Shown here: piece after piece, positions 43,063 to 59,503 of the stretch
Position numbering within the stretch: position 1 is the first letter of the stretch
Layout: every line of letters starts with the position of its first letter
Assembly: GCF_009914755.1 (NCBI RefSeq)
Contig: NC_060929.1
DNA: 64,000 bases
Origin: the human T2T-CHM13v2.0 reference genome, Homo sapiens
Direction: 5' to 3' (one strand)
Notes under the pieces: model-generated
What the model was told of the DNA's origin: nothing
The model's database searches: none
What the model saw: the letters and a program-made list of their open reading frames with translations, nothing else
Translations under genes and position numbers: made by a program

Positions 43063-43265
43063 CATTGTGGTTTTAATTTGCATTTCCCTAATGGCTAATG
43101 AAGTTGAATTCATACCATAGATTACTGCTTAGCAATAAGAAGGAATGAACTATTAATGTAAATAGTTCATCATGAAGCAACAGCTTGGGTGAATCACCCA
43201 AAAATTATGCTCAGTCAGTGGAAAACGCCAGTCCCCAAGGGTTACATGCCATATGATTATAAAAC

Positions 43266-43818
43266 TGCAATGGTTAATTTTGTGTCTCAACTTGACTGGA
43301 CCATAGGCTGCCCAGAATTTGGGTCAAGCATTGTCCTGAGTATGTCTGTGAGGGTGTCCCTGGGTAAGATTCACATTTGAATTGGTAGCCTGAGTCAAGC
43401 AGATTGCCTTCCCAATTGTTGTGGTTGGGGGGGGCCTCATCCAGTCAGTTGAGGGCATAAATAGAGCAAAAAGGCTGACCCTCCATGTCGTAGGAGGGAG
43501 TTCCTCTTGCCTGACCGCCTGGAGCTGGGACATTGCTTCTTTCCTGCCTTCAGACTTGAGCTAAAACGTTGGCTTTTTCTGGGTCTTGAGTCTGCTGACA
43601 TTCAGATGAAAACTACATCATCAGCTCTCCTGGTTCTCCAACCTTAGGACTCAAGCTGTAGCTTTACCACGAGGTTTCCTTTGTCTCCAGCTTGCCAACT
43701 GCAGATCTTGGGGCTTGTCAGCCTCCATAATTGTATGAGCCAATTTCTTACAATAAACCTTTTTATACATACATATCTCCTGTTGGTTCTATTTCTGTGG
43801 AGAACCCTGACTAATACA
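43266..43818 (+). mobile_element. MLT2B-like ERVL solo LTR
   Basis: tgcaatggttaattttgtgtctcaacttgactgg...gagaaccctgactaataca; TSD aaaac/ataac. Confidence 0.92.
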
Positions 43819-45087
43819 ATAACATTCTTGAAATGGCAAAATTCTAGAAAGAGAGGACAGATTAGCAGTTGCCAAGAGTTAAGGAGTTGAGAGGCAGGAA
43901 AGAAGTAGGTATAATTATAAAAGAGCAACAGAAGTCTCCTTGTAGTGATGGAACTATTCTGCATTTTGGCTGTGAAGATGGATATATGAACCTAGACTTG
44001 TGACAAAATTGCATAGAACTAAATACACACAAACAGACACACAAACACACACACACAAATGAGAACAACTGAAACTGGAGAAATCTGCAAAAGGTTGGTG
44101 GATTGTATTAATATCAATATCCTGATGTGCTATTGTACTATAGTTTTGCAAGATGCTATTAATGGGGGAAACTGAGTAAAGAGTGCATGGGGTCTTTGTA
44201 TTATTCCTTACAAATTGCACATGAATCTACAATTATTGCAAAATGAAAAGTTTAAATTTAAAAATGGGAATAACAACTCTTGGATCACAGAGCTAAGTTC
44301 CAGATGAAAAGAAATGGTGTGCAGAGAAGCCTCTGGCTTAGGGTACAACACACTGTAGGTCATCAGTAAGTGCAAATATTAGGTCTTTTATAACAGAGAC
44401 TTCTGGTTAGTGCCATGTCATATAATACTTAGTGGAAATGAAAAGTTCTGATCATGCCTGAAATAGGAGATAAGTAGATAGAAAGTTAATTATAAGAAAA
44501 AGCAGAGTGCTTGAAAAGGAGACACATTGCATTATTTAATTTTAAATAAGTACACATATATATGTACTTATTTATATATATGCATATATAAGCAATATGT
44601 CCACCCAAAGAAATGACCTAGAGAACTGGTTGTTAACTAAGAGCCTGCTGCTGTTAATCGAAGATGCCAAGTTCTGCTCTGAATCTTCATAAATGTTTAG
44701 TTATCTCTGAGCTGTGGAGTAATTTTAAATTCATACATAGGCCCTAGGAATTTTTGATGAGTATCTTTGAACAGCCCAATTTCTTAAAATCATAGCCTAA
44801 ACCAGACCGGCACAAAGAAGCCCATGTGGAGTTAATTGCTGTCAACAGGAACAGTGACAGGTTGTTCCATGTTCATAGTATATTTGCTATGTATGCCCTT
44901 TATTGCCAGGGGCGGGAGGGGGTGCAGGGGGGCTTCGACCTTCCTCCACCCCTGCTTTTTTCCCTTTGGCTATTTGGCTTCTTTAATAGGCTCCCAAAAG
45001 GAGGAAGGGGAGAATAGTCTTCTTTACTGGGTTTTATATGAGGCACATTGTTTCAAGAGAATCTGCCAGTACTGTGGGCTACTTCTT

Positions 45088-46166
45088 TTTTTTTTTTTTT
45101 TTTTAATTATACTTTAAGTTTTAGGGTACATGTGCACAATGTGCAGGTTAATTACATATGTATACATGTGCCATGTTGGTGTGCTGCACCCATTAACTCA
45201 TCATTTAACATTAGGTATATCTCCTAATGCTATCCCTCCCCCCTCCCTCTACCCCTCAACAGGCCCAGGTGTGTGATGTTCCCCTTCCTGTGTCCATGTG
45301 TTCTCATTGTTCAATTCCCATCTATGAGTGAGAACATGCAGTGTTTGCTTTTTGCCCTTGCAATAGTTTGCTGAGAATGATGGTTTCCAGCTTCATCCAT
45401 GTCCCTACAAAGGACATGAACTCATCATTTTTTATGGCTGCATAGTATTCCCTGGTGTATATGTGCCACATTTTCTTAATCCAGTCTATCATTGTTGGAC
45501 TTTTGGGTTGGTTCCAAGTCTTTGTTATTGTGAATAGTGCCACAATAAACATATGTGTGTATGTGTCGTCATAGCAGCATGATTTATAAGCAATGGCAAC
45601 AAAAGCCAAAATTGACAAATGGGATCTAAATAGACTAAAGGGCTTCTGCACAGCAAAAGAAACTACCATCAGAGTGAACAGGCAACCTACAGAATGGGAG
45701 ACAATTTTTGCAGTCTATTCATCTGACAAAGGGCTAATATCCAGAATCTACAATGAACTCAAACAAATTTACAAGAGAAAAACAACCCCATCAAAAAGTG
45801 GGCAAAGGATATGAACAGACACTTCTCAAAAGAAGACATTTATGCAGCTAAAAGACACATGAAAAAATGCTCATCATCACTGGCCATCAGAGAAATGCAA
45901 ATCACTGGCTATCAGAGAAATGCAAATCAAAACCAAAATGAGTACCATCTCACACCAGTTAGAATGGCAATCATTAAAAAGTTAGGAAACAACAGGTGCT
46001 GGAGAGGATGTGGAGAAATAGGAACACTTTTACACTGTTGATGGGACTGTAAACTAGTTCAACCATTGTGGAAGTCAGTGTGGCAATTCCTCAGGGATCC
46101 GGAACTAGAAATACCATTTGACCCAGCAATCCCACTACTGGGTATATACCCAAAGGATTATAAATC
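45088..46166 (-). mobile_element. Young L1PA (PA3/4-like) with 5' inversion (45088-45589 minus, 45590-46166 plus)
   Basis: Poly-T then antisense L1PA 3'UTR, switch to sense ORF2; exact TSD tgggctacttctt at 45075-45087 and 46167-46179. Confidence 0.96.
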
Positions 46167-46818
46167 TGGGCTACTTCTTATAAGGTGAGCAAGGCAAGCT
46201 TTCCAATCCAGTATCTCTCTCACAGTAGAATGAGAACTCAGAATGCAAACTGAGAAGACAGAGGCACCTACGGAGTATCGCTGACTCAGAACTGAGCAGA
46301 AGCCATGCTTGCCAAGGTTCTCCCCTCCTTCTTTCAGACTCATGCCTGAGACTCCTTAGAGCACAACTTCTGGGCCAGCTTCATGGCTGAGTGATCTGTA
46401 CAGCCATTCTCAGAAGGACCTTGTGCTTGATTTAATGCTCTGCTTTCACTATCTTGACATTCTTCATCATTTCATCTTAATAATTTTGTCTTTGAACTTA
46501 TGTTTTGTAAGTGAAGTCCAACAGGACACTGAGCAGAGGAGAGAGATGCAGTACATCTGCCCACAGTGCCCCACTAGGCCATTTGCATACAGCTTTGTGA
46601 AGTTGGTTACACAGCTTTCCATACACTCTTACCTTGCACTTGCCTTGAGTCTTGCTAAATGCTCAGCCATGCTGTCCAAGGCATCACTACATCTAAGATT
46701 GGGTAAGTGAGGTGCTAAGAGCCCAGAGAGGCTGTGCTTTCCTGTCAAACCAGAATTTGTCTTGAGTGCAAAAAGAAGGCAGTGCTGGTCTAAGAAACCA
46801 GAATGGCCAAGAAAGCTT

Positions 46819-47224
<406 letters not shown>

Positions 47225-48314
47225 GGAAGCTTATTATATATATTCTTACTGGTCTTACTTTCCTGAATTAGCCAATCATTTGTACTGAAATGGAAAAGAT
47301 AGGGCAATCCATAGTTCTTTTTCTTTCAGTCCTTCCTTACTCACCATTAAACCCAAAACAGAGAGTGCTGGAGGAACATCTGAAAGAGCAAAATGAAAAC
47401 AGTTGAGCTAGTTTTCTGCAGCTTTTCCACCATTCCCATAAAAATGAAATACATATGCACACGCAAGCCTTGAGGTATGAATTGTATAATTTTGGCAGTT
47501 CTGCATATGGTCAAATGCTCTTAGGTTTGAATTATAAAATTGGCATTGCACAATATAAAATGAATGATCACATACATGCTAATCATTGATAATTTTAACC
47601 TTTCTTCATTTATTTAGACATTAAATAGCAAATAAAAACCACCATGACAAGTCAAGAAAGAGACCATGAAGAAGGAAAAAGCTTATGTTTTGATATTTTT
47701 AATAGCACTTTCCTGCTTTTTGAACAAGGACCCTACCTTTTCATGTTGCACTGGGCTCTGCAAATTACATAGTTGGTCCTGGATGTCTTGCCAGGCTCGT
47801 TGGCCTCCTGGAGAACAAGGGTGGACACTAAGCATCTCTTCAGGCTTTGGGTACTGGAGTCAGTTAAGGAGCTATAGTTGGAAAGTTATCCTGCCCAGCA
47901 TCTTTCACTATTTGACCACCCAGGACCCATGGAGAAATTTACTAGGGAGAAAGTCATCTGTCTTAAGCTTGTGAGTACTGATAAGGCTATAGAAAAGATG
48001 TCTAATTAGTGTATGTATGGAATATGTGTGAGTGTGAGTGTGTGTGCGTGTAAACATGTGAGTCAATTTCACAAGAGACTAATATATAGACACGAATGGC
48101 AGGATATAAATTTACAATAAGAAATGGAGTTGGCACGGGCACTAGGAACTGCATCCTTATTTCCCCCTGAAAGTCACGTTGTAAAAGGAGGCAAGTGAAA
48201 CATATAAAGTGCTCTGATGTATTAGGGTTCTTATTGCAGACCACAAACTCTACTCAAGCCTATTTAAGCAGAGCAGAGTTTATAACAGAGGAGTGGTTTG
48301 CAGAGGATATTACA

Positions 48315-48740
48315 AAGCTCAGTCAGCTACTCACCAGATCTGTTTCATCTTTTTTTTTTTTGGACACACATCTAGGATACATTTTAAAAACGCTTATGTG
48401 GTTAGATGTGGCCATGTGACTGAATTCTAGCCAATGGGATATGAACAGTCACAATGTGCTCCACTCCCAGGCCTGGCCCATAACAGCCACCCATGTGCAG
48501 ACCCTCATGGTCTTTACTTTTATCAGTTCAATGTAGACAGCCATGATAACCTTGGAAGCCATGTGCTGAGGTTGCAAGAAGCCTGGATTCCTAAACAGAT
48601 GCTTGAAAGGAAAACTACCCACTGACCAGGAACCCTCATTTTGGACTTTACGTAAGAGAAAAATATGCTTCTCTTGCATTAAGCCATTGAGATATTTGGG
48701 AGTTTATATGTTACAGCAGCCAGCATTACCCTAATGGAAA
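48315..48740 (+). mobile_element. MLT1 (J/I-like) MaLR LTR nested in another MLT1-like remnant (~48217-49150)
   Basis: gtggccatgtgactgaattctagccaatgg...ttaagccattgagatatttggg...gttacagcagc. Confidence 0.7.
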
Positions 48741-49619
48741 CTTAGAATTTCTAGAAGATTTGGGGAAGCATGTTTAGATACTACAGAGTCAGACACGAAT
48801 GCAGCCAAAAACAGACCCAGTCATACCATGGGATAATTCTAAAGGAAATCTTATTGCCCTATCTCATGCTCTTTCGGCACAATGAGAGCTGACCAAGAAG
48901 CTCCACCATCCTTGCTCTGGAAGATCCAAACTCCCCTGCCAACAAGCTTGGCACGAGCTCTACCCTGCCTGACTGCCGCCAGGTGTTCGCTTCCACCTGC
49001 CAACTCTTGCATGGTGGACCCAGGTTGCAGACAGAACTTTAGCTACGAGGAAGTCTGGGAAACACACTTCATAGCTTCCCTGCCTTGGTGATACAGGAAG
49101 GCATGTCAGAGAGGACTGAATGAACCAGTCTGCAGAATCTGCCCTAATGGTAAGGTTAGACCAGAAGAAGTGGAATTAATTGGGTGATTGAATAGTTTTC
49201 AGCTTCAAGTTATGTATTCATCCCACAACAACCTGACAGGGGGTCAGCTGCTTTGGGCCCACTACTCCTAACTGTTCAAGGCATCCTGATTCCTGTGTTT
49301 TCCAGGGTTGAAAGCTGACAAGCCTTCTTTTGATTTTGTCAATATTTTTATTCCTCTTTCCTGGACTTTGAAACACTCTCTATTTTTAAGCCACTGTACA
49401 CCCTGATGTTTATGTGATTTATGTGGTTAAACTCTTAGGAAAGGAGCAATTGCTTTCATTGACCTTATTCCAGGATCTTACTAGACCTCTTGAATTTTTC
49501 TCATGAACCCCTCTAGAAAGAACATGCTTGGAGAAGTGGTGGCCCCACCTATTCTCACCTTCAAAGGAGCTTCAGAGCCAAAGCTTTCTCGGTAAGGGAA
49601 TGCAGCAATCACTTTGCTT

Positions 49620-49880
49620 TACACTGAGGCAGCATGATTGAGAGCCTGGGTTCTGAGGCCAGATTGCTCGGGTTCAAAATCTGCCTCTGCTATTTTCCAA
49701 ATACATGAAGTAGAGTAATTATTCAATCTTTATGGGTTTCAGCTTTCTCTGTAAAATGTGGTTAGTGGTAATGCCCCCTTATGGAGTCATGATGGAGAGT
49801 AAATGAGTTAATTCACATGGTGGTCTTAGAACAGAGCCTGGCACAAAGGAAGTGACCCGTAGGTGCCGGCTGTCATGATG
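49620..49880 (+). mobile_element. MIR SINE
   Basis: gggttcaaaatctgcctctgct...ctgtaaaatg...agaacagagcctggcaca. Confidence 0.75.
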
Positions 49881-50429
49881 ATGATTCCATGGAGCAAACC
49901 TAATTGCACTGTTACCTTATTTTCAAATTTATTTTTGCTAGTAATAATCTTGCTTTATTAAATCTTCCTTCCATCTCCTGCCCAAGATGATTTCACAGAG
50001 TTTTCTGCATCCTGGAATAGGGTGCTTATCTTCTGGTTTGTTTATATCACCTCCCCAGAACACACCTCTGATTTTATGATGAGGGCTGGTGGCACACCTG
50101 AACTAGAAATTCTGGCACTCAGATTGTAGGAGACTTTTGAGGAATAAATCTGTTTCCTAGAGTAGAGCTATAGAGAAGCAGATGCATTTGAGCCCACACT
50201 GCCAAGCTGTTGCAGTTCAGAGAGAACATAAGGAGGTCAAAGAAAGAAATTAAAAAAATTGTGGGAAGGTGCTCAGAGCAGATGGTTAGGAATGGCACCA
50301 AAGGGCACGAGTGGAGGCTGGCGCATGAGGTTAAGGCTCTGTTCTTAGTCTGTGCCACAGTTGTGCTGACCTCACATCACAGGTTCTTGCCCAGGTACTT
50401 CTGGTACTAAGAAAGTTAGCAAGCCACGT

Positions 50430-50680
50430 GCATTATGCTTAGGTTTCCGAGCTCTGAAAACCTGAGCTCAAGTCCTGGCTTGGTCAACCCATAGAAGAGG
50501 GTCTCTGGAAACTTCCTTACCCCCATGGAGCCTCAGTTCCCTTCAGCTGTAAAATCGGAATCATCGCATGTATCTTTCAAGGCTATTTTGGGGGTTAGCT
50601 GATATAATAGGAACGAAAGCACTAGCATAGTATCTGGCATGAAATAGGTTCCCTAAAAATGTGATGCAAATTGGACTTTG
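50430..50680 (+). mobile_element. MIR SINE
   Basis: gagcctcagttcccttcagctgtaaaatcgg...agcactagcatagtatctggca. Confidence 0.7.
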
Positions 50681-51236
50681 TATTTTATATTCTAAAAGAA
50701 AAGGAATTCTATTGAAAAGAAAATTGCTCTTTATAAGTTTTGCCTGTAGCAGTAATAGAGTGTGTGGTAGGAGGAAGCAAAAGACAAAAAACCTCAAATA
50801 GTTTCAACTCCAGCTTTTGAAGCCTCCAAGTGAACTCTATAATTTGGCTTCTTTCAGCCCTTCTGAGGACTGAAAGCCTTCACGTATAGAGAGAGCCAAG
50901 GATGCCAGCCTCTTCCATTATGGGCTCTGATTTATCATTCATTGCAGCAAGAGACATCTGCTTGGTGAGTTCTTTGAGGGCATGACAGAAAGGCATCTCC
51001 TTGAATTCAGCAGATTTTACAGTCACTCAGATCTCTAAGGGAAATGATTGCAAGGTAGCCGAGTGTGACAGGAGGGTTGGCTGTCTGTCCACTGCTGGCC
51101 TGCTACCCTGGCAGAGGCAGCGGACTCAGGAACTGCCCAAGAATCTTTTGCTCACCTTCCCCCAGCTCAGCTCCCTTACTCAGTTTCTGCTCTGAGGACT
51201 GGAGCAATCCATACAGCCCCTCGCTAAGGAAGTTAC

Positions 51237-51860
<624 letters not shown>

Positions 51861-52120
51861 ATAGACTTGATGTCTTCTGTTCATTCCACTTTCTCCAGGG
51901 AGATGGGGCCATCCTTGAGGGGAAGGACTGTGGGTCTCCTACCTCTGCAGCTCCCACAACATCTAACACTGGGCAGGCGATCTACCTGATTTCTCAGTGC
52001 ATCCTCCTATTCATTCCTTTGGATGAGAGGTGGTGGTAACATCAGAAGAGATTAATCAAGAAGCTGTTTGTGGAAGGAAGCATCTGAAGGCAGTGGGGGC
52101 ATTCATTGCTCAGCAAACAG

Positions 52121-52646
<526 letters not shown>

Positions 52647-53326
52647 AGCTCTGTAGATTGCAGGTGAGGGAGATATGCCCCAGCCCTGCAGGGGGGCAGG
52701 CCTACTAGAGAAAGACAAACCCATGACCTCACTCTGCTGCTCAGGCTGACTGATAGTGCTCCCTTATTCTTCCCTCCTTACCTTGCCCCTGCTATTTGTC
52801 TGCTCACTGCCAGAGGCGACCTGGTCCTGGCAGCAGCCATCTCCACAAACACACATATACATGAGGGCTGAGGTTTCCTATAACCCATTTGCAGCTCCCG
52901 CAGCAGGGGCAATGGAACAGTACAGAAGCCATCTGCTGAGGAAGGCACAAACTCCCAGGGTAATACAAAGTGAGGAGTGGTTTTACTCTACCTTCAAGAG
53001 TCTGTGAATGTTTTGCAGGGGAGAGCACTTTGAACTGGGTCTTGAGGGGTGAGTGGGAGTTTGCCAGGGGTCATGGTGGAGAAGGGCTTTGCCAGCTGAG
53101 GATGTGGTGAGTGACCTGGGGTGGGTGGCTGGGTACAGAGCAGGTGGGGCGACGGAGCTACAGACAGGCAGGGACAGAGAGCAACAAACTCTGTGGGCTT
53201 TGTTAAGGTAATCGGATGCTTTCCTAAAGACAAAAACAAACAAACAAGAAAACCAAAGAGACTACTGTAGTTAAGTGTATGTTTTAGGAAGATGTCTCCA
53301 GCTGCTGCAGAGCAGGCAGACAGACC

Positions 53327-53371
<45 letters not shown>
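53327..53371. repeat. (GA)n microsatellite
   Basis: Seen directly. Confidence 0.95.
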
Positions 53372-53375
<4 letters not shown>

Positions 53376-53435
53376 AGGCAAGGAGATCATTCAAGCTGCA
53401 ACTGAACTTCATTATGAGTTCTCATTGAAGGTGTC

Positions 53436-53777
53436 TTTGTCTTGGCTCAGGCTGCTATAACAAAAATATCAAGGACTGGGTGGCTTAAGTAACAGAAATT
53501 TATTTCTCACATTTTTGGAAGCCAGGAAGTCCAAGAACAAAGTGCTGGCCAATTTAGACCTGGGAGGTTCCTCTTCCTGGTTATGTTCTCACATGATGGA
53601 CAGAGAGAGAGAACAGACAAACTCTCTAGTGTCTTTCCTTATAAGGGCACCAATCCCATTCATCAGGGCTCCACTCTCATGACCTATCATGTCCCAAAGG
53701 CTCCAAACACAGTCACGTTGGGGATTAGCTTTTCAACATATGAGTTTGGGGGTGACACAATCATTCAGTTCATATCA
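53436..53777 (-). mobile_element. MLT1A-like MaLR solo LTR
   Basis: ggctgctataacaaaa...ctgggtggctta...cttataagggcaccaatcccattcat...cattcagttcatatca. Confidence 0.88.
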
Positions 53778-54530
53778 GTGGCTATGTGTCAAAAACCAAG
53801 CATGGAGCTTTAAAATTTTTCCTGTTTTGAAAGGGATAGAATTTTAGATTCCTGGGGGGGCTGTCAGGGCACAGTAATCACACAAATCACCCCTAACATT
53901 CCAGTGCTGGACACAACTGTAGTCAGTGGGAGACTCCCCACTCTACCCCATCCTTGCTGATGCAACATTGAGGTCACATTCTCAATAAATCTTTATGTTT
54001 TTCCTTGCCAACCCTCAACCCCTACCCCCCCACCCCCGCCCATTTCCATTGTCCTACCTTGGACCACACTACGTCTCACTTGAAATGTATGTGTTGGGGT
54101 AACAGACTCTTGGCTTGCCTACATGGACCCTTTGCCCTTCCAGTCCATCTTCCCCCATGCTCTAGAAACGGTAACGGGTCATGAGAATATCAGCTGTGGG
54201 ACCCTGCCTGTTCTATTTACTGCTTTGTTCCCTGCGGTTACAACTGTGCTTTGCATATAGTAAATACTCAGTAAATGTTCACTGTATGAATTAATATATT
54301 ATCAAATTAAAACTTTTCCTCAACTAAGCCTCTTTCTATATTGTGCTTAATTACTTGGTTATTTAGGCTGCTGGCATCCATGCAGGGTGAATCATGAGAC
54401 CATTATAGACTTTTGAATGTAACTGAAAGATACAATCTTCCCAACAAAATGCATAATTTTAACTGACCTTCCAGTCTCTAAACTGGAATTACTGCATTGC
54501 AATTTACTGTATCACTCTCATGGTAAATGA

Positions 54531-54578
54531 AAAAACTCCCACTGACAAGAGATTTTTCCTCTCTTGAAGGAGACACAA
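54531..54578. repeat. 48-bp dispersed direct repeat, copy A
   Basis: 43/48 identical to 56593-56640. Confidence 0.9.
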
Positions 54579-54625
54579 ATTTGCAACAGTACATGGCAAA
54601 CAATAAAACCGTGTAAAAATTTCAA

Positions 54626-54712
54626 AGCCCAGACTTCACCACTATATAACATATCCATGTAACAAAGCTGCAATTGTACCTCTAATTCTGTAATTTAAAA
54701 AAATAAAAATAG
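54626..54712 (+). mobile_element. Very short L1 (L1MA/PB-like) 3' tail
   Basis: agcccagacttcaccactata...atccatgtaacaaa + A-tail; TSD-like aaaatttcaa / aagatttcaa. Confidence 0.8.
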
Positions 54713-54844
54713 AAAAAGATTTCAACTGCTGGGCAATGGACTGAGCTTCCATGCTAAGTGATCCCAAAAGTTATGTGCAAGAAAGATAAGGATTTTCTGT
54801 GTTTGGAAGTCACTAAATGCTTCAGGTGATAAATGAAAGTTTCA

Positions 54845-56202
<1,358 letters not shown>

Positions 56203-56219
56203 AAAAGAAAATTTCAGTA

Positions 56220-56450
56220 ATAACAAGCATTTATTGAATTTTTGACATGTACCCCATAGTACACTAAAGGAGTCTGGATATATTGTATTACCACATTTAA
56301 TCCTGAGATGTTAAAGGTGGGTATTATTATCTCCATTTTACAGGTGAGAATGGAGGCTTAGAGAGAAGGCATGACTTGCTCAAGGTCACAGAGCTCGTGA
56401 GTGGCCAGCTGGGATTCCACCCCATGTTGGGCTGACTCAGGGCTCTGCCC
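56220..56450 (-). mobile_element. MIR SINE
   Basis: tattattatctccattttacaggtgagaa...gacttgctcaaggtcacagagct. Confidence 0.8.
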
Positions 56451-56592
56451 TTGCTGCTATCGCTTGCACATCGTGGGACGTTCCTCTTGCATTTGTCCTG
56501 ATGCTTTTGGCATCCCAGGGCCTTGACTAATGCCCCAGTTTCCTAACATGTCAAGAGGAGGCTGCCAAAATCAATCATCTGAGGGTTAATTC

Positions 56593-56640
56593 AAAAACTC
56601 CCAGTGGCAAGGGATTTTTGCTCTCTTAAAGGAGACACAA
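56593..56640. repeat. 48-bp dispersed direct repeat, copy B
   Basis: 43/48 identical to 54531-54578. Confidence 0.9.
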
Positions 56641-56949
56641 GTAATTATGAGCAATGTAGCCCGTTAAAAAACAGCCTAAATAGAGAGCTGGGGAGGGTAC
56701 TTCCGAAGCCATTACCACCAGGGTTTCTCCAGACGGGTTGAAAGGCTGCTTGTCTTAGGCAATTTGGATTCGGTTTGCTGTGTGCATGGAGCTGTCAGAT
56801 AGATTTGCAAGGCTGTGTGCATCCCAGTATTACTTCACATGGCTTCACATGCCTCACATTGCTTTGTTATTATCTCCTCTCTCTGCCTCTCCTGCTAAAA
56901 CATGGCTTCTTCAAGGGTAACAAACAATTCCAATTCAGCCTAACGCAGA

Positions 56950-57200
56950 GGCGACGCAGTACCGTAGCTAAGAGTCAGCACTCTGGTGCAAGACAGCCAA
57001 GCATTGGAGCTCAGTTCCTCTGCTCTACAAGCTACACGACCTTGGGCATGTTCCTTAATCTCTCTGTTCCTCTATTCTTTCATCTGTAAAGAAGGAATGT
57101 GATAATGCCTGTGTCATTGTGTTTTTATGATAATTAAATGAGTTAAATATAAACAGTTTTAGAAAAATGTTGGGCAAAGAGGAAAACATTTGGTGAACGT
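56950..57200 (+). mobile_element. MIR SINE
   Basis: gaccttgggcatgttccttaatctctctgttcct...catctgtaaa...ttaaatgagttaa. Confidence 0.8.
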
Positions 57201-58854
57201 TTTTATCTCGCTTCATCATACCTGTTGCTGTTGGCTCCTAGGGGCAAACCTTGAGTTAAGCCCCACTATCCCTATTTCTGGATATTTTAAATCATGTGAG
57301 TCAACACATCACCTTTGTTTTTTAAGTCAGGTTGAGTTTTAAATTGTTATTTACTTAGCCAAAAGCATCTGAAGCAGATGCTGGATGAATATGGATAGCA
57401 ATAGGTACAGCATTCTGGGCTCTTCTTGGACTAGGACTGGAGAACTGAGCCCCCTTGATGGCATCTGTTTGTGGGAGCCAGAGGAGGAGGGCTGTCCCTG
57501 GGGTGGGCAGCAGGGAGGTGGCCTTCCACCATGGCAGGGTGGGTCTTTGCCAGACACTGGCTTTTCATGTCACTTCCCAACCATCAGGTACACTGGAAGC
57601 TCATCTTATTTCCACAACCTGCACGAGGAAAGAGGCCAATGCACATCCCAGCAATTTCCAATGCCCCATCTCCTGCTCCTTTTTCCTCAGAGTGTTGGCC
57701 AACAGACAGACCCTTAACAATAGACCATGCTCCTGAGGTCTATTTCTGTCAGATGTGTGTGGTGATCTTATCTCAGATGATTTCTCCAATTTACAAATCA
57801 CCTTCAGGTCTTATCAAAGTTTTTGACTCTGCTGAATCCATACATGTTCCTCAATGTTTTGGAATCTGGGTGACCACCAGATAGCAAGGTGGATGGCTAG
57901 TGGAGTTGTCTGAGATGTTTGGACTTGTTAGAGGCTTAAGCTCGTTACTTACAAGCCCTGGAGAGAATTCTCCAAAAGAACCAGTGGTAAAACACTGATC
58001 AGAAAAAAAGCTTACAAGCTTGTTTTCAAAGAGCCAGAAGACCTAGGTTCCAGGCTGCAACTGCCGCACTAGGAGATAAACTACTAAAAACAACACGGGC
58101 ATTTTTAGGAAAGACACCACAGGGAAGTAGCCTCACAATAATTGCCCAAATCTTTCTGACCATACCTGACTGTAAAAGTGGACACTGTCTGACCTGACTT
58201 CAGCTCCATTAAGAGCGGCTGTTGGCAAGTCTCCCAGAAGAGGCCCGCCAGCCCCCAGCTATATTCAAAGCAACTGGGAAGATTTGAGTTCTTGACAGCT
58301 TTTCCCCCATCACGAGATAATAAGATAGGTCGCATTTCAGATTTAACCCACTTGACATTTTAATTCTTCTAATGTGTTCTTTGATGTGTGCAGATGAGGT
58401 GCCGTGTAGGTACAAGTTGCTATTTATATAGTCCTGGCAAGTGGATTCCATCAGTATCAGCTCCTTCGTTCACTCGGGTGCCTTTAAGATCATCAGAAAT
58501 TCAAGTTTTCAACTCCCCAATAGTTTCTTCTTCCCAAAGTTTGAACAAAGAACAAGAGAATAATGACCCTCTGATTTCTTGCTTTGTGGCAAGAGGACCA
58601 TGTCATATGTTACTTAAAATATTAAAATAATATTAATATTAAAATATCAGTATTATTAATATTTTATTAATAGTGAAACATTAAAATAATATTACAAATC
58701 TTGAATTTGGAGAAGATAGGCCTGGTGCTTAACAACTTAGAGCTGGATGTGGAGTCAGTGAGGTAATGTGTGCAATGTTCTTAACATAAAGGCTGACCCA
58801 GGGCCAAGCTCCACAAATGACAATTATTACCTGTACTTGCTAATATTGTTGTCA

Positions 58855-58962
58855 CTGTCACATCATCATCATCATCACTATCATGACATTATGGCTGTTA
58901 TCTCCATCATCATTATCATTGTTGTCATATCATCATCATCTCCATTACCATCATCATCCTCA
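58855..58962. repeat. Degenerate (CAT)n repeat
   Basis: Seen directly. Confidence 0.85.
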
Positions 58963-59113
58963 TAACTTTCTTGGCTCTTCCACTTACTACCCAGCATCCT
59001 TGGTCACTTTCTCTCTATGGATATCCCATTTTCCTTTTCATAAAACTGGATAATAACTGCTACCTCTCAAGACCACCAAGAAGAATGAATGAGGCAGAGC
59101 GAGTCCTCCGTAA

Positions 59114-59503
<390 letters not shown>

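Larger units (their letters stand above)
42669..44260 (+). mobile_element. L1MC-type LINE with 5' inversion (42671-43107 minus, 43108-44260 plus), inserted in a MIR
   Basis: Two oppositely oriented segments nearly contiguous in L1 consensus order; TSD aaaatggg(c/a)a(c/t)aa at 42656-42668 and 44261-44273; MIR on both flanks. Confidence 0.8.
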
